The notes under the pieces are model-generated. The model worked only from the letters and a program-made list of their open reading frames with translations. It did not search any database and was not told where the DNA came from. From contig CAXTTJ010000005.1 in assembly GCA_964247235.1 (NCBI GenBank), positions 9,065 to 73,064 of the forward strand: a DNA stretch of 64,000 nucleotides, in the 5' to 3' direction. The translations under genes were made by a program, and so were the position numbers. This DNA comes from an uncultured Sphingomonadaceae bacterium (GTDB taxonomy: Bacteria > Pseudomonadota > Alphaproteobacteria > Sphingomonadales > Sphingomonadaceae). Shown here piece by piece: positions 50,400 to 60,223 of this stretch; positions within the stretch are counted from its first letter, which is position 1, and each line of letters opens with the position of its first letter.

Positions 50400-51596
50400 C
50401 TAATCGGCAGGTTGCTGACAAATTTGGCGAAGCGGCGGCACCAGTCCGTAGATCAGCTGGGCCAGTTCCATCTGGCGATGGACGCCAAGCTTGGCCCGGA
50501 CCCGCTTCAGGTAGGTGCGCGCGGTTTCCTCGGACAGGCCGGTTTCCTCCGCAGCTTCGTTCAAACTGCTGGCGCGGAGGAAATTGCTGAGGAACCTCTG
50601 TTCGGACGGCAGCAGCCCAAGCGCTTCGAGCACCGTCGCCGGTGCCGCCGCAGCGTGCGGGGCATGGACAAGCACCATTGCACAGCGCGACAGCGTATCC
50701 CCGCTGCGCGACACCGCCGGCACGACAAAAGCGAGACGGCATTCGCCCAGCCGCGTATCAAGACGCAGGACAATTTCCGTCTGATCCGGGTCCATTGCTG
50801 TCGCTGCGGACCGGATCGCTGCGCGCAAGTCGCGCGTTCCCGTTGTCGTGCTGCACACGATCGTCCCGTCGGCCGACCGCGACAGCGGGGTTCGCGCCGA
50901 CAGCATCGTACTGGCGGCTGCATTGCAGAATAACGGCCGCCCCGTCGCATCGACAAGGAACGTGGCAAGCGACACCCGGTCAAACATGGTTTCAAGCAAT
51001 TTGGCATGGCGTTCGTTGCGCGCAGCGGCGACATCACCCGCCGCCGACCGCGCAAGAACGGGCAGCACGTCCGACAGGACGCGCTTGCATGCCGGCGTGA
51101 AGGCCCCGGCATCGGGTGTCCGGAACAGCAGGATGCTGAATATTGCACCGCCGATCGTCGTGCGGATGGCGGCGACATGATCGAACCGGGCCAAGGCCAC
51201 CGAACTGATGGACTCAGGCGATATGCCATGAGGTTCGGCCGCTTCGCAGACTGGCCCCGTCCGGATGCGAAAAGTGAAAACATCGCCGTCCCGGCACGCT
51301 TTCCAGGCATATTCTGCATAAGCGATCAGGGCATCGGCAAGCGGCGCACTTTCACGCGCCTCGTCAAAGCCGATAAGATAGGCATGACGCCCCGCAACTG
51401 GCGCGGCCGTGACATAAGAGACGATGGCAGCCTCGATACCCAGATTTTTCAAATAGGTCCGCCAGCCCAGATCAGAACTCAGCGAATGAAAGGGTTCAGG
51501 CGTCTTTTCGCCGACCAGCGGCGCAGGCGTTGCAAAATATGACTTCGCAGACTCCGGTTCGCAAACGGCATAATCTACGTTCATGGAAAAGGACAT
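50400..51596 (-). CDS. LuxR-type HTH regulator with sensory/PAS-like domains
   Basis: C-terminal LLPSEQR...LNEAAEETGLSEETARTYLKRVRAKLGVHRQMEL. Confidence 0.8.
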   Translation of the reverse strand: MSFSMNVDYAVCEPESAKSYFATPAPLVGEKTPEPFHSLSSDLGWRTYLKNLGIEAAIVSYVTAAPVAGRHAYLIGFDEARESAPLADALIAYAEYAWKACRDGDVFTFRIRTGPVCEAAEPHGISPESISSVALARFDHVAAIRTTIGGAIFSILLFRTPDAGAFTPACKRVLSDVLPVLARSAAGDVAAARNERHAKLLETMFDRVSLATFLVDATGRPLFCNAAASTMLSARTPLSRSADGTIVCSTTTGTRDLRAAIRSAATAMDPDQTEIVLRLDTRLGECRLAFVVPAVSRSGDTLSRCAMVLVHAPHAAAAPATVLEALGLLPSEQRFLSNFLRASSLNEAAEETGLSEETARTYLKRVRAKLGVHRQMELAQLIYGLVPPLRQICQQPAD

Positions 51597-51812
51597 TCTG
51601 ATTCACTTTGGCTGGAGTAACACTTAAACCCAAGCGACCAGTTTTTTGTTTTTTGTGTCAAATAAACCCGGCTCTGCACCGGGTATCGGAAATGGTGAGT
51701 TTGAATTCCGACCCGATGAAACCATCCGGACGGAACATGAAACGGACGTTCACCACTTCCCGATACCAGAGATTTATGTCTTGGCCCGGCGCGAGTCTAC
51801 ACCCCTGTTTGT

Positions 51813-51832
51813 ATGTCCCCATTTGAGGATAT
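51813..51832. promoter_or_regulatory. Operator-like site ATGTCCC-N6-AGGATAT upstream of tolC / divergent regulator
   Basis: Degenerate copy of the palindrome at 53221. Confidence 0.55.
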
Positions 51833-51894
51833 TCCCATTCGCCGCCCCTCCAGTTACCCACAAATCCCATTCGCAAAGGACAAGGGGATACAGC

Positions 51895-53205
51895 GTGCGG
51901 CATTTCGCCATGGTTTCAGCGACGGTTGCCGCGACATTCATTGCCCTTGCCCCGGTTGCGCGCGCCGATGGCACGACAATGCCAGAGCTTGCGGCAATCG
52001 TTGTCGACACGAACCCCCAGATCGAAGCACAGCGCGCCGCCGTCCGCGCGCTCGAAGCACGTGTCTCGGCCGCGCACAGTGGTTATCTGCCCTCGATTGA
52101 AGCCAATGCCCTGTCACAGCGCCGTCATCTGAACCTTATCGGCAATACGGGCGATACGACATTTACAGCCGCAGAAGCGAGCGTCGAAGCGCGCCTGAGG
52201 CTTTTCGACGGATTTCGCACGTCAAACGCAATTGACTCGTCCAAGGCCGAGCTTTCGTCAGGAAAGGCGGTATTGCAAGGGACGATTTCGGACGTGCTGC
52301 TCGACTTGTTGCGGTCCGCGTCCGATGTGCATCGCGATCGTCTCATCCGTGGCTATGCGCAACAACAATATGATGCCATCGCTGACCAGCTCCGCGGGAC
52401 AAGCCGTCGCCTGTCTTTTGGCGAAGCCACCAGGACCGACGAAAGCCAGGCGACGGCACGTCTTGCCACATCGTCCACGGGCGTGCTGTCGGCAACCGAG
52501 GCACTTGAACAAAGCGCGGCCGAGTTTGAAGCGGTCAGCGGCCGGCCTGCCGATTCGGTGCCGCCGCTCCCGGAACTGGGCCTGATGCCGGTCTCGCTTG
52601 AGGATGCGAATGCGACAGCACAGGCCGAAAGCCCGCGTATCGCCGCTGCCAAGTCCACGGCCGAAGCGGCGCAAAAGAACATTGCCTTTGCCCGCGGCGC
52701 ATTGCTGCCTTCGGTCGATGTTGTCGGCGGCTATGATTATATCACGGGCGGCATTGCCAATCTTTTCACGGGTCGCCTGCCGGAGGATCGTTCGGCGGTT
52801 TATGCGGGTGTCGAAATGCGCGTTCCCATATTTCAGGGCGGGCGCGACTATGCCGAAATCCGCCGTGCCCGGGCCGTCAGCGACCAGCGCATGTCACAAG
52901 TCAACCAGGCCGCGCGCGACGTCGTTCAGGAAGTCACTGTGGCCTGGGCGCGCTGGAAATCCGCAACGGCGATTATCGACGCCGCGCGCACTGCCGTCGC
53001 CGCCAATGAGCGCGCTGCATCTGGCGTCAGCAAGGAAGCCGTCGGCGGTTCGCGCACCGTGCTCGATGTGCTTGACGCGCAGAATGAATTGCTGGCCGCA
53101 CGTGTCGCCCTCGAACGTGCCTTGCGCAATGAATTTGTGGCGCGCGCCACCGTTCTGGCGACCATTGGCAGCCTGACGCCGCAAACGATCAAAGCCGCAC
53201 CCTGA
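51895..53205 (+). CDS. TolC family outer-membrane efflux protein
   Basis: Signal peptide, SGYLPSI, GSRTVLDVLDAQNEL. GTG start with GGGGA RBS. Confidence 0.92.
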   Translation: MRHFAMVSATVAATFIALAPVARADGTTMPELAAIVVDTNPQIEAQRAAVRALEARVSAAHSGYLPSIEANALSQRRHLNLIGNTGDTTFTAAEASVEARLRLFDGFRTSNAIDSSKAELSSGKAVLQGTISDVLLDLLRSASDVHRDRLIRGYAQQQYDAIADQLRGTSRRLSFGEATRTDESQATARLATSSTGVLSATEALEQSAAEFEAVSGRPADSVPPLPELGLMPVSLEDANATAQAESPRIAAAKSTAEAAQKNIAFARGALLPSVDVVGGYDYITGGIANLFTGRLPEDRSAVYAGVEMRVPIFQGGRDYAEIRRARAVSDQRMSQVNQAARDVVQEVTVAWARWKSATAIIDAARTAVAANERAASGVSKEAVGGSRTVLDVLDAQNELLAARVALERALRNEFVARATVLATIGSLTPQTIKAAP

Positions 53206-53220
53206 TCTTCAGCCGTGACC

Positions 53221-53280
53221 ATGTCCCCACCAAGGGACATGTTCTTTATCAATAACTTGCATGTCCCCAAGCAGGGATGT
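53221..53280. promoter_or_regulatory. Two operator-like palindromes upstream of RTX gene 1
   Basis: ATGTCCC-CACCAA-GGGACAT (53221-53240) and ATGTCCC-CAAGCA-GGGATGT (53261-53280), 40 nt apart. Confidence 0.7.
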
Positions 53281-53400
53281 TGGCAGCGATCCTCACCCGT
53301 TAACCTTTGCTTTGTGGCGGGCATATTTCCGCCATGCGGGGGGCGCGTCGAGCAGAGCGAAGCGTGAGTCAACCGCCCAATAAAAAGCGAGGAAATCAAA

Positions 53401-55623
53401 ATGGCAACTCCTACAACGCCAAAAGCGGCAATTGCCCGCGCCCAGGTACTGGGTACCAATGCGGTTGACACGATCGACCTTCAGACGGTCGTTTCGACCG
53501 CAAACCTGCCTTACAACGTCCGTGCCGGTGGCGGTAACGACTTTGTCTTCGGCAATAATTACGACAACGACATGTACGGTGACAACGGCAATGACGTTGT
53601 CGTCGGCCGTCAGGGCAATGACCGCCTTGAAGGTGGCAGCGGCAATGACACGCTGATCGGCGACAATTCCGCCGTCGTCGTCACCGGACCGGGCGCCGCG
53701 ACCTTCACGGGTCTCGACCAGTCTGGCGACGGGAACGACACCCTGCTGGGCGGGTCGGGAAATGACACGGCCTGGGGCGGCGGTGGAAACGACTTTATCC
53801 ACGGCGGTTCGGGCAATGACACCCTTTATGGCCAGTCGGGTGACGACAAGGTCGTTGGCGGCACCGGTGACGACACGATGACGGGCGGAACCGGCAATGA
53901 CGACATGTTTGGTCAGGACGGCATCGACAATATTTCGGGCGATGCCGGCAACGACTATGTCGAAGGCGGCATGGGGTCCGACACGATCAATGGCGGCACC
54001 GGTGACGACATCCTGTTTGGTGACAACGGCCACAGCTTTGGTGACACCACCACAAGCGGCATGGGCTCCGGCAACGGCGCAAATCCCGTTGGTGGTCGCG
54101 AAGGTGATGCCGATTATGCCTATAACCTGTCTGGTGAATATGACACCGAAGAAGGTGACGCAGACGTCATCAACGGCGGCGACGGCAACGACCAGGTCTA
54201 TGGCCAGGGCGGCGATGACATCATCACCGGCGGCAACGGCAACGACTTGCTGTTTGGCGATGCTGGCAACGACACCATCAGCGGCGGTGCCGATGATGAC
54301 CAGCTTGATGGCGGCGAAGGCAATGACACGCTGAACGGTGACGACGGTCAGGACGAAATCGACGGTGATGCCGGCGAAGACGTCATTCGCGGCGGTGCCG
54401 GGAACGACTTCGTCCAGGGCGGTGCCGACAACGACAACATCGGCGGCGGAACCGGCGATGACGTCCTGAACGGCAACGACGGCGACGACACCGTCAACGG
54501 CGATGCCGGCAACGACATCATCGCGGGTCAGACCGGCAACGATCTGCTCAACGGTGGCGACGGCGACGACGTCATCCAGGGCAATGGCGACACGTTCTCC
54601 GATCCGTCCGATCCCGACGACATCCAGACCGATGACGATACGATCAATGGCGGCAACGGCAACGACATCATCAACGGCAACGAAGGCCAGGACCTCATCC
54701 ACGGTGATGCCGGCAACGACACCATCATGGGCGATGACGGTAACGACACCGTTTATGGCGATGCCGGTGACGACAACCTGCAGGGCAATGCCGGGGACGA
54801 CTCGCTGTCGGGCGGCACGGGCAATGACGTGATCTCCGGTGGCACCGGAAATGACGTGGCGCATGGCGATGCCGGCAACGACGTCATCAACGGCGATCTT
54901 GGCAATGACACGCTGTACGGGGATGCTGGCGACGACAGCATCGCCGGTGATCGTGGCAATGACACCATCTATGGCGGTGCCGGCAATGACGTGATCGACG
55001 GGGACACCCGTGGTGACGTCATCGGTTTGTCCACCGATGGTCGCGATACCATCTATGGTGAAGCGGGAAACGACACGATCCATGGCAATGGCGGCAACGA
55101 CTATATCGATGGCGGTGCCGACAATGACACGATCTATGGCGACACTGGCAACGACACCATCTTTGGTGGCAGCGGCGACGACTATATCGAAGGCGAATCG
55201 GGCAATGACTCGATCACCGGCGGTGCCGGCGACGACCGTCTGTCGGGCGGATCAGGCAAAGACCTGTTCAACTACAACGAAACCGAAGATGGTGCCAACT
55301 ATGGTGACGACACGATCCAGTCACCCGACGGTGGTCGTGACTTCAGCCTAGCCAACCGCGACACGATTGTCATCGATGTCGACAACCCCGGCAGCTTCGA
55401 TCATAACGACATCAGCGTTGTGACCGCAGACTGGGATGGCGACGGCGATGCCCTCGACGTCATGATCACCGGTGCCAATGGCAGCGTCCTGATCGAAGAC
55501 TTCTGGGAAGGCGCCGACGCACTCAATACGTCGCTTGCCGAAGGTGGTTTCTACGACTCGGTCGATGCCATCAACACCTACAGCCAGGGCAACGCATCTT
55601 ACGACATGATCACGTTCGTCTGA
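53401..55623 (+). CDS. RTX calcium-binding repeat protein 1 (T1SS substrate)
   Basis: Dozens of GGxGxDxLx nonapeptides; no signal peptide; C-terminus YDMITFV. Confidence 0.92.
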   Translation: MATPTTPKAAIARAQVLGTNAVDTIDLQTVVSTANLPYNVRAGGGNDFVFGNNYDNDMYGDNGNDVVVGRQGNDRLEGGSGNDTLIGDNSAVVVTGPGAATFTGLDQSGDGNDTLLGGSGNDTAWGGGGNDFIHGGSGNDTLYGQSGDDKVVGGTGDDTMTGGTGNDDMFGQDGIDNISGDAGNDYVEGGMGSDTINGGTGDDILFGDNGHSFGDTTTSGMGSGNGANPVGGREGDADYAYNLSGEYDTEEGDADVINGGDGNDQVYGQGGDDIITGGNGNDLLFGDAGNDTISGGADDDQLDGGEGNDTLNGDDGQDEIDGDAGEDVIRGGAGNDFVQGGADNDNIGGGTGDDVLNGNDGDDTVNGDAGNDIIAGQTGNDLLNGGDGDDVIQGNGDTFSDPSDPDDIQTDDDTINGGNGNDIINGNEGQDLIHGDAGNDTIMGDDGNDTVYGDAGDDNLQGNAGDDSLSGGTGNDVISGGTGNDVAHGDAGNDVINGDLGNDTLYGDAGDDSIAGDRGNDTIYGGAGNDVIDGDTRGDVIGLSTDGRDTIYGEAGNDTIHGNGGNDYIDGGADNDTIYGDTGNDTIFGGSGDDYIEGESGNDSITGGAGDDRLSGGSGKDLFNYNETEDGANYGDDTIQSPDGGRDFSLANRDTIVIDVDNPGSFDHNDISVVTADWDGDGDALDVMITGANGSVLIEDFWEGADALNTSLAEGGFYDSVDAINTYSQGNASYDMITFV

Positions 55624-55629
55624 GCAGGC

Positions 55630-55657
55630 AGTTCCCCCAATTGCGATTGGGGGAACT
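55630..55657 (+). terminator. 12-bp perfect hairpin after RTX gene 1
   Basis: AGTTCCCCCAAT-TGCG-ATTGGGGGAACT; no U-tract, so it may be stabilising rather than terminating. Confidence 0.55.
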
Positions 55658-55745
55658 AACTCAACGGACCTCTGCACTGGGGGTGAGCGGACCGCTGCTC
55701 ACCCCCTTTTTGTGTCCGGGGACTATCGGTATGACGGGCACGAAC

Positions 55746-55804
55746 ACTGCCCCGAAATGGGGCATGTGCCAGGCACCACGCGCAATGTCCCCAACAGGGA
55801 ATAT
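55746..55804. promoter_or_regulatory. Two operator-like sites upstream of RTX gene 2
   Basis: TGCCCC-GAAAT-GGGGCA (55748-55764) and ATGTCCCCAACAGGGAATAT (55785-55804). Confidence 0.55.
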
Positions 55805-55903
55805 GGGTCCCCCGCTTTGTGTCACACTCTGACAACATCACGGCTTTGTAAGGGTACGTGAAAACAATGCCGGATCGGCGTCAATGATCCGGTGAGCAGA
55901 GAA

Positions 55904-58204
55904 ATGAACCAAAACATGGTCACCGATCCTATCGTGGTCGGCCCCGTGACGCTCGTCAGCCTGGTGAGCATCACAGCCAAGCCCAAGATGCCGGGGGGGC
56001 GGTCACCCGGCACAGGCGCGCCTGCCGATGCAGATGTTGCGCCCTCTGCCGCGCTTGGCCGCGATGCAGCGACACTCGCGCCCGGACCGTCACCCGATCC
56101 TTTTGTCTTTCCAAGATCAGCAGCCGCATCATCGGCACTGCATGTCGGCCCCGATGGTGCATCGATCCGGCTCGACCCCGGCGCGAGTTATCCGCACGAC
56201 GGCGGTTTGCCATCCGATACCGGTCCGCCCGACGCCACGGTCGATCCGGACACCACCCCCGCGCCAACGCCCCCGCCCGTCATCGGCGGTGACACGGTGC
56301 CCAAGGATCCGTCACCACCCGATCCCGTGCCTGGCCCGGGCCCCACGAACGGCGACCCGAACGGATCAGGCGGTACAGGCACCGGTGCTGGTACTGGTAC
56401 CGGCGGCAGTGGGACAGGCACCGGCGGGACTGGTGCGGCTGGTGGCGGGTCGACGGGAGGCGGCCATGATACGGGTGGCACCAGTGGCGGCGGAACGGGC
56501 GGGTCGGGTGGTGGCACAAGCAGCGGCGGGGGCAGCGGCACGGGGGGTAGCGGCACTGGCGGAGGAACCGGCACGGGGGGCAGTGGAACTGGCACTGGCG
56601 GCGGAGGGACTGGCACCGGCGGCGGCAGTGGCTCTGGCGGAGGAACCGGCTCTGGCGGCAGCGGGACCGGCAGTGGCGGTGATACAGGCAGCGGTAACGG
56701 CACGGGGGGGAACGGCACGGGGGGCACCGGCGGTGGCAGCACCCCGCCTCCGCCACCACCACCTCCCCCGCCCCCGCCGCCCGATCCCAATCTTGCCGAA
56801 GACACGCCGACGACGGAACCGGTCATTGATCAGCCCGACCGGATCGACATATTCGGGACAGCGGACAGCGACGACCTGAACAGCGTCGTTGGCGCGTCGA
56901 TTTTCGGGCTTGGTGACGCTGACCGGATCACGGGATCGGCCTATGACGACCTGATCGACGGGGGCGAGGGGGATGACATCATCGCAGGCGCTGCGGGCGC
57001 CGATTATCTGATCGGAGATGCGGGCGCCGACCGGATTGATGGCGGATCCGGCGCAGACACCATCCTCGGCATGGCGGATGATGACCAGCTTTCCGGCGGT
57101 GACGGGGATGACGTCGTGGACGGCGGCGACGGCAATGACGTGATCAGCGGCGGCGCCGGACTCGACGTCCTGTTCGGCGGCAGCGGTGACGACATGCTGT
57201 CCGGTGGCGCCGGCGCTGACATGCTTGATGGCGGTGACGGCGATGACATGCTGGACGGCGGCAGCGGTCGGGACCTTCTGTTCGGCGGTGCGGGCGACGA
57301 TGTCCTTGTCGGTGGTGCCGGGCATGACAATGCAGGGCTGACTCTTGCCGAGCTCGATGCGATCCAGACGCCCGACGTGTCGATCATCGGCGGTTTGTTC
57401 GGCGGCGACGGCAATGACACTTTGTGGGGCGGACTTGGCGATGACGCCTTGAGCGGTGGGGAAGGAAATGATCGACTCGACGGCGGTGACGGCAATGATC
57501 TATTGTCCGGTGGCGCAGGCGACGACTGGCTGAGCGGCGGCACAGGTGATGACGAGATGAGCGGCGGTGATGGCAATGACACGCTGTCTGGCGATGACGG
57601 CAATGACCGTCTGCTCGGCGGCCGTGGCGATGACATGCTTGCCGGTGGTGCGGGCAACGACACCATCGACGGCGGGGATGGCAATGATCACCTGAGCGGT
57701 GACAGCGGCGCAGACCGGCTTCAGGGCGGTGCCGGCAATGACGTGATTGCCGGTGGCGCGGGGGACGACGTCCTGGCCGGCGGTGACGGCGACGACGTGC
57801 TGGGTGGGGGCGACGGCAATGACATCATCCGGGGGGGCGACGGCAATGACTGGCTGTTCGGCGGGGCAGGCAACGACATATTGTCAGGCGGCACTGGAAA
57901 AGACCGCTTTGTCTTTGATGGCAACAGCAATTTTGGCGACGACCATATCGTCAGCTTCAGCCCGCCCAACCGCGATACCGTCATCTTCGATGTCGATGAT
58001 CCCGCACATTTCGACAGCGACGAAATCTGGGTCACATTTGATCCGGTCGAATCGACGATGACTCTTCATTTTGGTGACCATGGCAGCGTCACGATGCCAG
58101 ATATTTCGGACGGTCTGTTCGAAACGATCGGCGCGCATTCGATCGATGACCTGAACGCCTTTTCGCAGGGCATTGCCGGTTATGACATGATCACGTTTAT
58201 TTGA
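55904..58204 (+). CDS. RTX calcium-binding repeat protein 2 with Pro-rich and Gly/Thr/Ser-rich N-terminal half (start 55892-55916)
   Basis: GGSGTG-type linker, poly-Pro run, GGxGxD repeats; C-terminus YDMITFI. Confidence 0.9.
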   Translation: MNQNMVTDPIVVGPVTLVSLVSITAKPKMPGGRSPGTGAPADADVAPSAALGRDAATLAPGPSPDPFVFPRSAAASSALHVGPDGASIRLDPGASYPHDGGLPSDTGPPDATVDPDTTPAPTPPPVIGGDTVPKDPSPPDPVPGPGPTNGDPNGSGGTGTGAGTGTGGSGTGTGGTGAAGGGSTGGGHDTGGTSGGGTGGSGGGTSSGGGSGTGGSGTGGGTGTGGSGTGTGGGGTGTGGGSGSGGGTGSGGSGTGSGGDTGSGNGTGGNGTGGTGGGSTPPPPPPPPPPPPPDPNLAEDTPTTEPVIDQPDRIDIFGTADSDDLNSVVGASIFGLGDADRITGSAYDDLIDGGEGDDIIAGAAGADYLIGDAGADRIDGGSGADTILGMADDDQLSGGDGDDVVDGGDGNDVISGGAGLDVLFGGSGDDMLSGGAGADMLDGGDGDDMLDGGSGRDLLFGGAGDDVLVGGAGHDNAGLTLAELDAIQTPDVSIIGGLFGGDGNDTLWGGLGDDALSGGEGNDRLDGGDGNDLLSGGAGDDWLSGGTGDDEMSGGDGNDTLSGDDGNDRLLGGRGDDMLAGGAGNDTIDGGDGNDHLSGDSGADRLQGGAGNDVIAGGAGDDVLAGGDGDDVLGGGDGNDIIRGGDGNDWLFGGAGNDILSGGTGKDRFVFDGNSNFGDDHIVSFSPPNRDTVIFDVDDPAHFDSDEIWVTFDPVESTMTLHFGDHGSVTMPDISDGLFETIGAHSIDDLNAFSQGIAGYDMITFI

Positions 58205-58214
58205 TGGTGAATGT

Positions 58215-58229
58215 GTCCCTTTTTGGGAC
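58215..58229. promoter_or_regulatory. Operator-like site upstream of the M23 gene
   Basis: GTCCC-TTTTT-GGGAC. Confidence 0.5.
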
Positions 58230-58265
58230 TGTCGACTCCGTAACGACTCTTTATGGGAAGCCTGA

Positions 58266-59255
58266 ATGACATACCGGCAACTCCTTTGGGTCGCACTTGC
58301 CGGATCAGCCACGGGAAACGTCCGTGCCGATGCGCCTGCGCTGCGCCTCGGCCTTCCGGTCATTTGCGCAATGCAGGCAGAGTGCCTGATTCAGAAACTT
58401 GTCGACATCGATCCGGGTCCGAAACGCGTCGATTATCGTTGCGGCACTCTGACTACCGATGGCCATGACGGCATCGATATTCGCGTACGGACGATGGCCG
58501 AGATGCGCAAAGGTGTCGCTGTCGTCGCCGCCGCGTCTGGCCGGGTGCTGCGCGTCCGCGATGGCGAACCCGATATGAATGTCCGCGACCGTGGCAACCT
58601 TGACGGGCGTGACGCCGGCAATGCCGTTGTCATCGATCATGGACACGGATGGGAAACCCAATACAGCCATTTACGCAACGGTACGGTGCGTGTCCGGCCC
58701 GGTGCTGTTGTCAGCGCGGGTGACCCGATCGGCAGTATCGGCATGTCGGGAAATGCAGAATTCCCGCATCTGCATTTCACGGTACGTCATGATGGTCATG
58801 CCATCGACCCCTTTACAGGGCGTGCGCCACCGTCCGCCTGTTCCGCGGACAAAACACCGGATGGGCTCTGGTCGTCAGATGCGGCGCGGGTCCTCACCTA
58901 TCGCCCGACAGCGATTATCGCCGTTGGCTTTGCAAGCGCGCCGCCATCGGCATCGCTGGTCGATCGCGACCGCAGTGTCCCACCGTACACGCCCACCACG
59001 CCCATATTGTTGTGGGCCGATGTTCTGGGGGCAATGCCGGGCGATCGTCAGCGCTTCGAAATTCGCGCGGCCTCGGGCACGCTCCTGTTCGAGCGCATAT
59101 CGATTATCGAACGGGGCGGGCTGTCATGGCTGGCCTATGCAGGACGCAAACCACCGCCCGGCGGATGGCCGAAAGGTGAAGTCACCGGACGTTATGAATT
59201 GAGCCGTTTGGGCAGGATTGTCGAGACGCGCGACACACGCGTGACGATCGGATAG
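58266..59255 (+). CDS. M23 family metallopeptidase, exported
   Basis: HDGID (HxxxD), TQYSHL, PHLHF (HxH); signal peptide. Confidence 0.9.
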   Translation: MTYRQLLWVALAGSATGNVRADAPALRLGLPVICAMQAECLIQKLVDIDPGPKRVDYRCGTLTTDGHDGIDIRVRTMAEMRKGVAVVAAASGRVLRVRDGEPDMNVRDRGNLDGRDAGNAVVIDHGHGWETQYSHLRNGTVRVRPGAVVSAGDPIGSIGMSGNAEFPHLHFTVRHDGHAIDPFTGRAPPSACSADKTPDGLWSSDAARVLTYRPTAIIAVGFASAPPSASLVDRDRSVPPYTPTTPILLWADVLGAMPGDRQRFEIRAASGTLLFERISIIERGGLSWLAYAGRKPPPGGWPKGEVTGRYELSRLGRIVETRDTRVTIG

Positions 59256-60025
59256 ATTTCCGGAAAATTGAACGGCAGGCGACTTGTCAGGAACAGGCGA
59301 ATGAGCATCGCCTGCCGCTTGACACCGGTCTTTGCAAATATCTGCTTGAGATAAACGAGCACGGTCGACGGTTTCAGATTCATGATTTCCGCAATTTCGG
59401 CAAGGGTGAAACCGTCGATCAGATGTTCGGTCAGGCGCGTCTCTCCCGGTGTCAGGCGATACAGCTCGCACAGCATCCGCACACTTTCGTGAAGCGGGCG
59501 ATCCGGGTCCGAAATCATGACCAGTGCCGCAAGGTCACAAAAGGCTGCATCCCCATCCGGTCGCCCGCTCGGTATGACGGCAACCAGCAACGACGATGTG
59601 CGTGCCCGCGAAATCCGCAGCACCGACACCGGGCTGGCCTTGGACGCTGCCCGCTTTGGATCATCGAGGATCGCGCGGATCGCCTCGGCCAGCGCAGCGC
59701 TGTCCGCTGGCGACGAAGCTTCAAGTGACCGTCCTGTCACATTCAGCCCGTCCTTGCTCGCGATCAGTTCACGCGCTGCCAGGTTCATCTCGATAACAAG
59801 ACCCGAACGATCAAGCGCGATGATGCCAAGTTCCGCTGATCGCGCCAGCCACATCACCTGATCAAGCTTTGGCAGGTAAAATTGCGCTGCTGGCTCTGTG
59901 GGGACCAGGTAGATGGGGGCCGGAGACCGGACCGCAGGCGACCCGAGGGTCAATGGCCAGCTTTTCGCTCTGCTATCTGCTTTTTTCATTTGTATATCCT
60001 TCGAGTTTGCGACCTCGAGGAACAC
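59192..60025 (-). CDS. PAS-like + LuxR-type HTH regulator
   Basis: LTPGETR...GFTLAEIAEIMNLKPSTVLVYLKQIFAKTGVKRQAML. Confidence 0.85.
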   Translation of the reverse strand: MFLEVANSKDIQMKKADSRAKSWPLTLGSPAVRSPAPIYLVPTEPAAQFYLPKLDQVMWLARSAELGIIALDRSGLVIEMNLAARELIASKDGLNVTGRSLEASSPADSAALAEAIRAILDDPKRAASKASPVSVLRISRARTSSLLVAVIPSGRPDGDAAFCDLAALVMISDPDRPLHESVRMLCELYRLTPGETRLTEHLIDGFTLAEIAEIMNLKPSTVLVYLKQIFAKTGVKRQAMLIRLFLTSRLPFNFPEIYPIVTRVSRVSTILPKRLNS

Positions 60026-60223
60026 GCATCATTATCGTTGGCACGCTACAAAAGCGACTGTCTCGCGTACATGCGAGTGAACGTCTATGCACATCTAACC
60101 ATCATTGGCGTTGCGAATCAATACGGATGATCAATGATCGCCTATCGAGACAAAAGCGTTACATCAGTTATGCTGGCCATGTGACTTTCTGACAGGTCGT
60201 GACATGATGCGTTGATTGCCTGA

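Noticed and set aside
53293-55083. 596-aa minus-strand Val/Ile/Ala-rich repeat ORF
   Set aside because: Mirror of the GAC/AAC/GGC codons of RTX1.
56188-57684. Pro/Ser-rich antisense ORFs over RTX2
   Set aside because: Reverse-complement artefacts of Gly codons.
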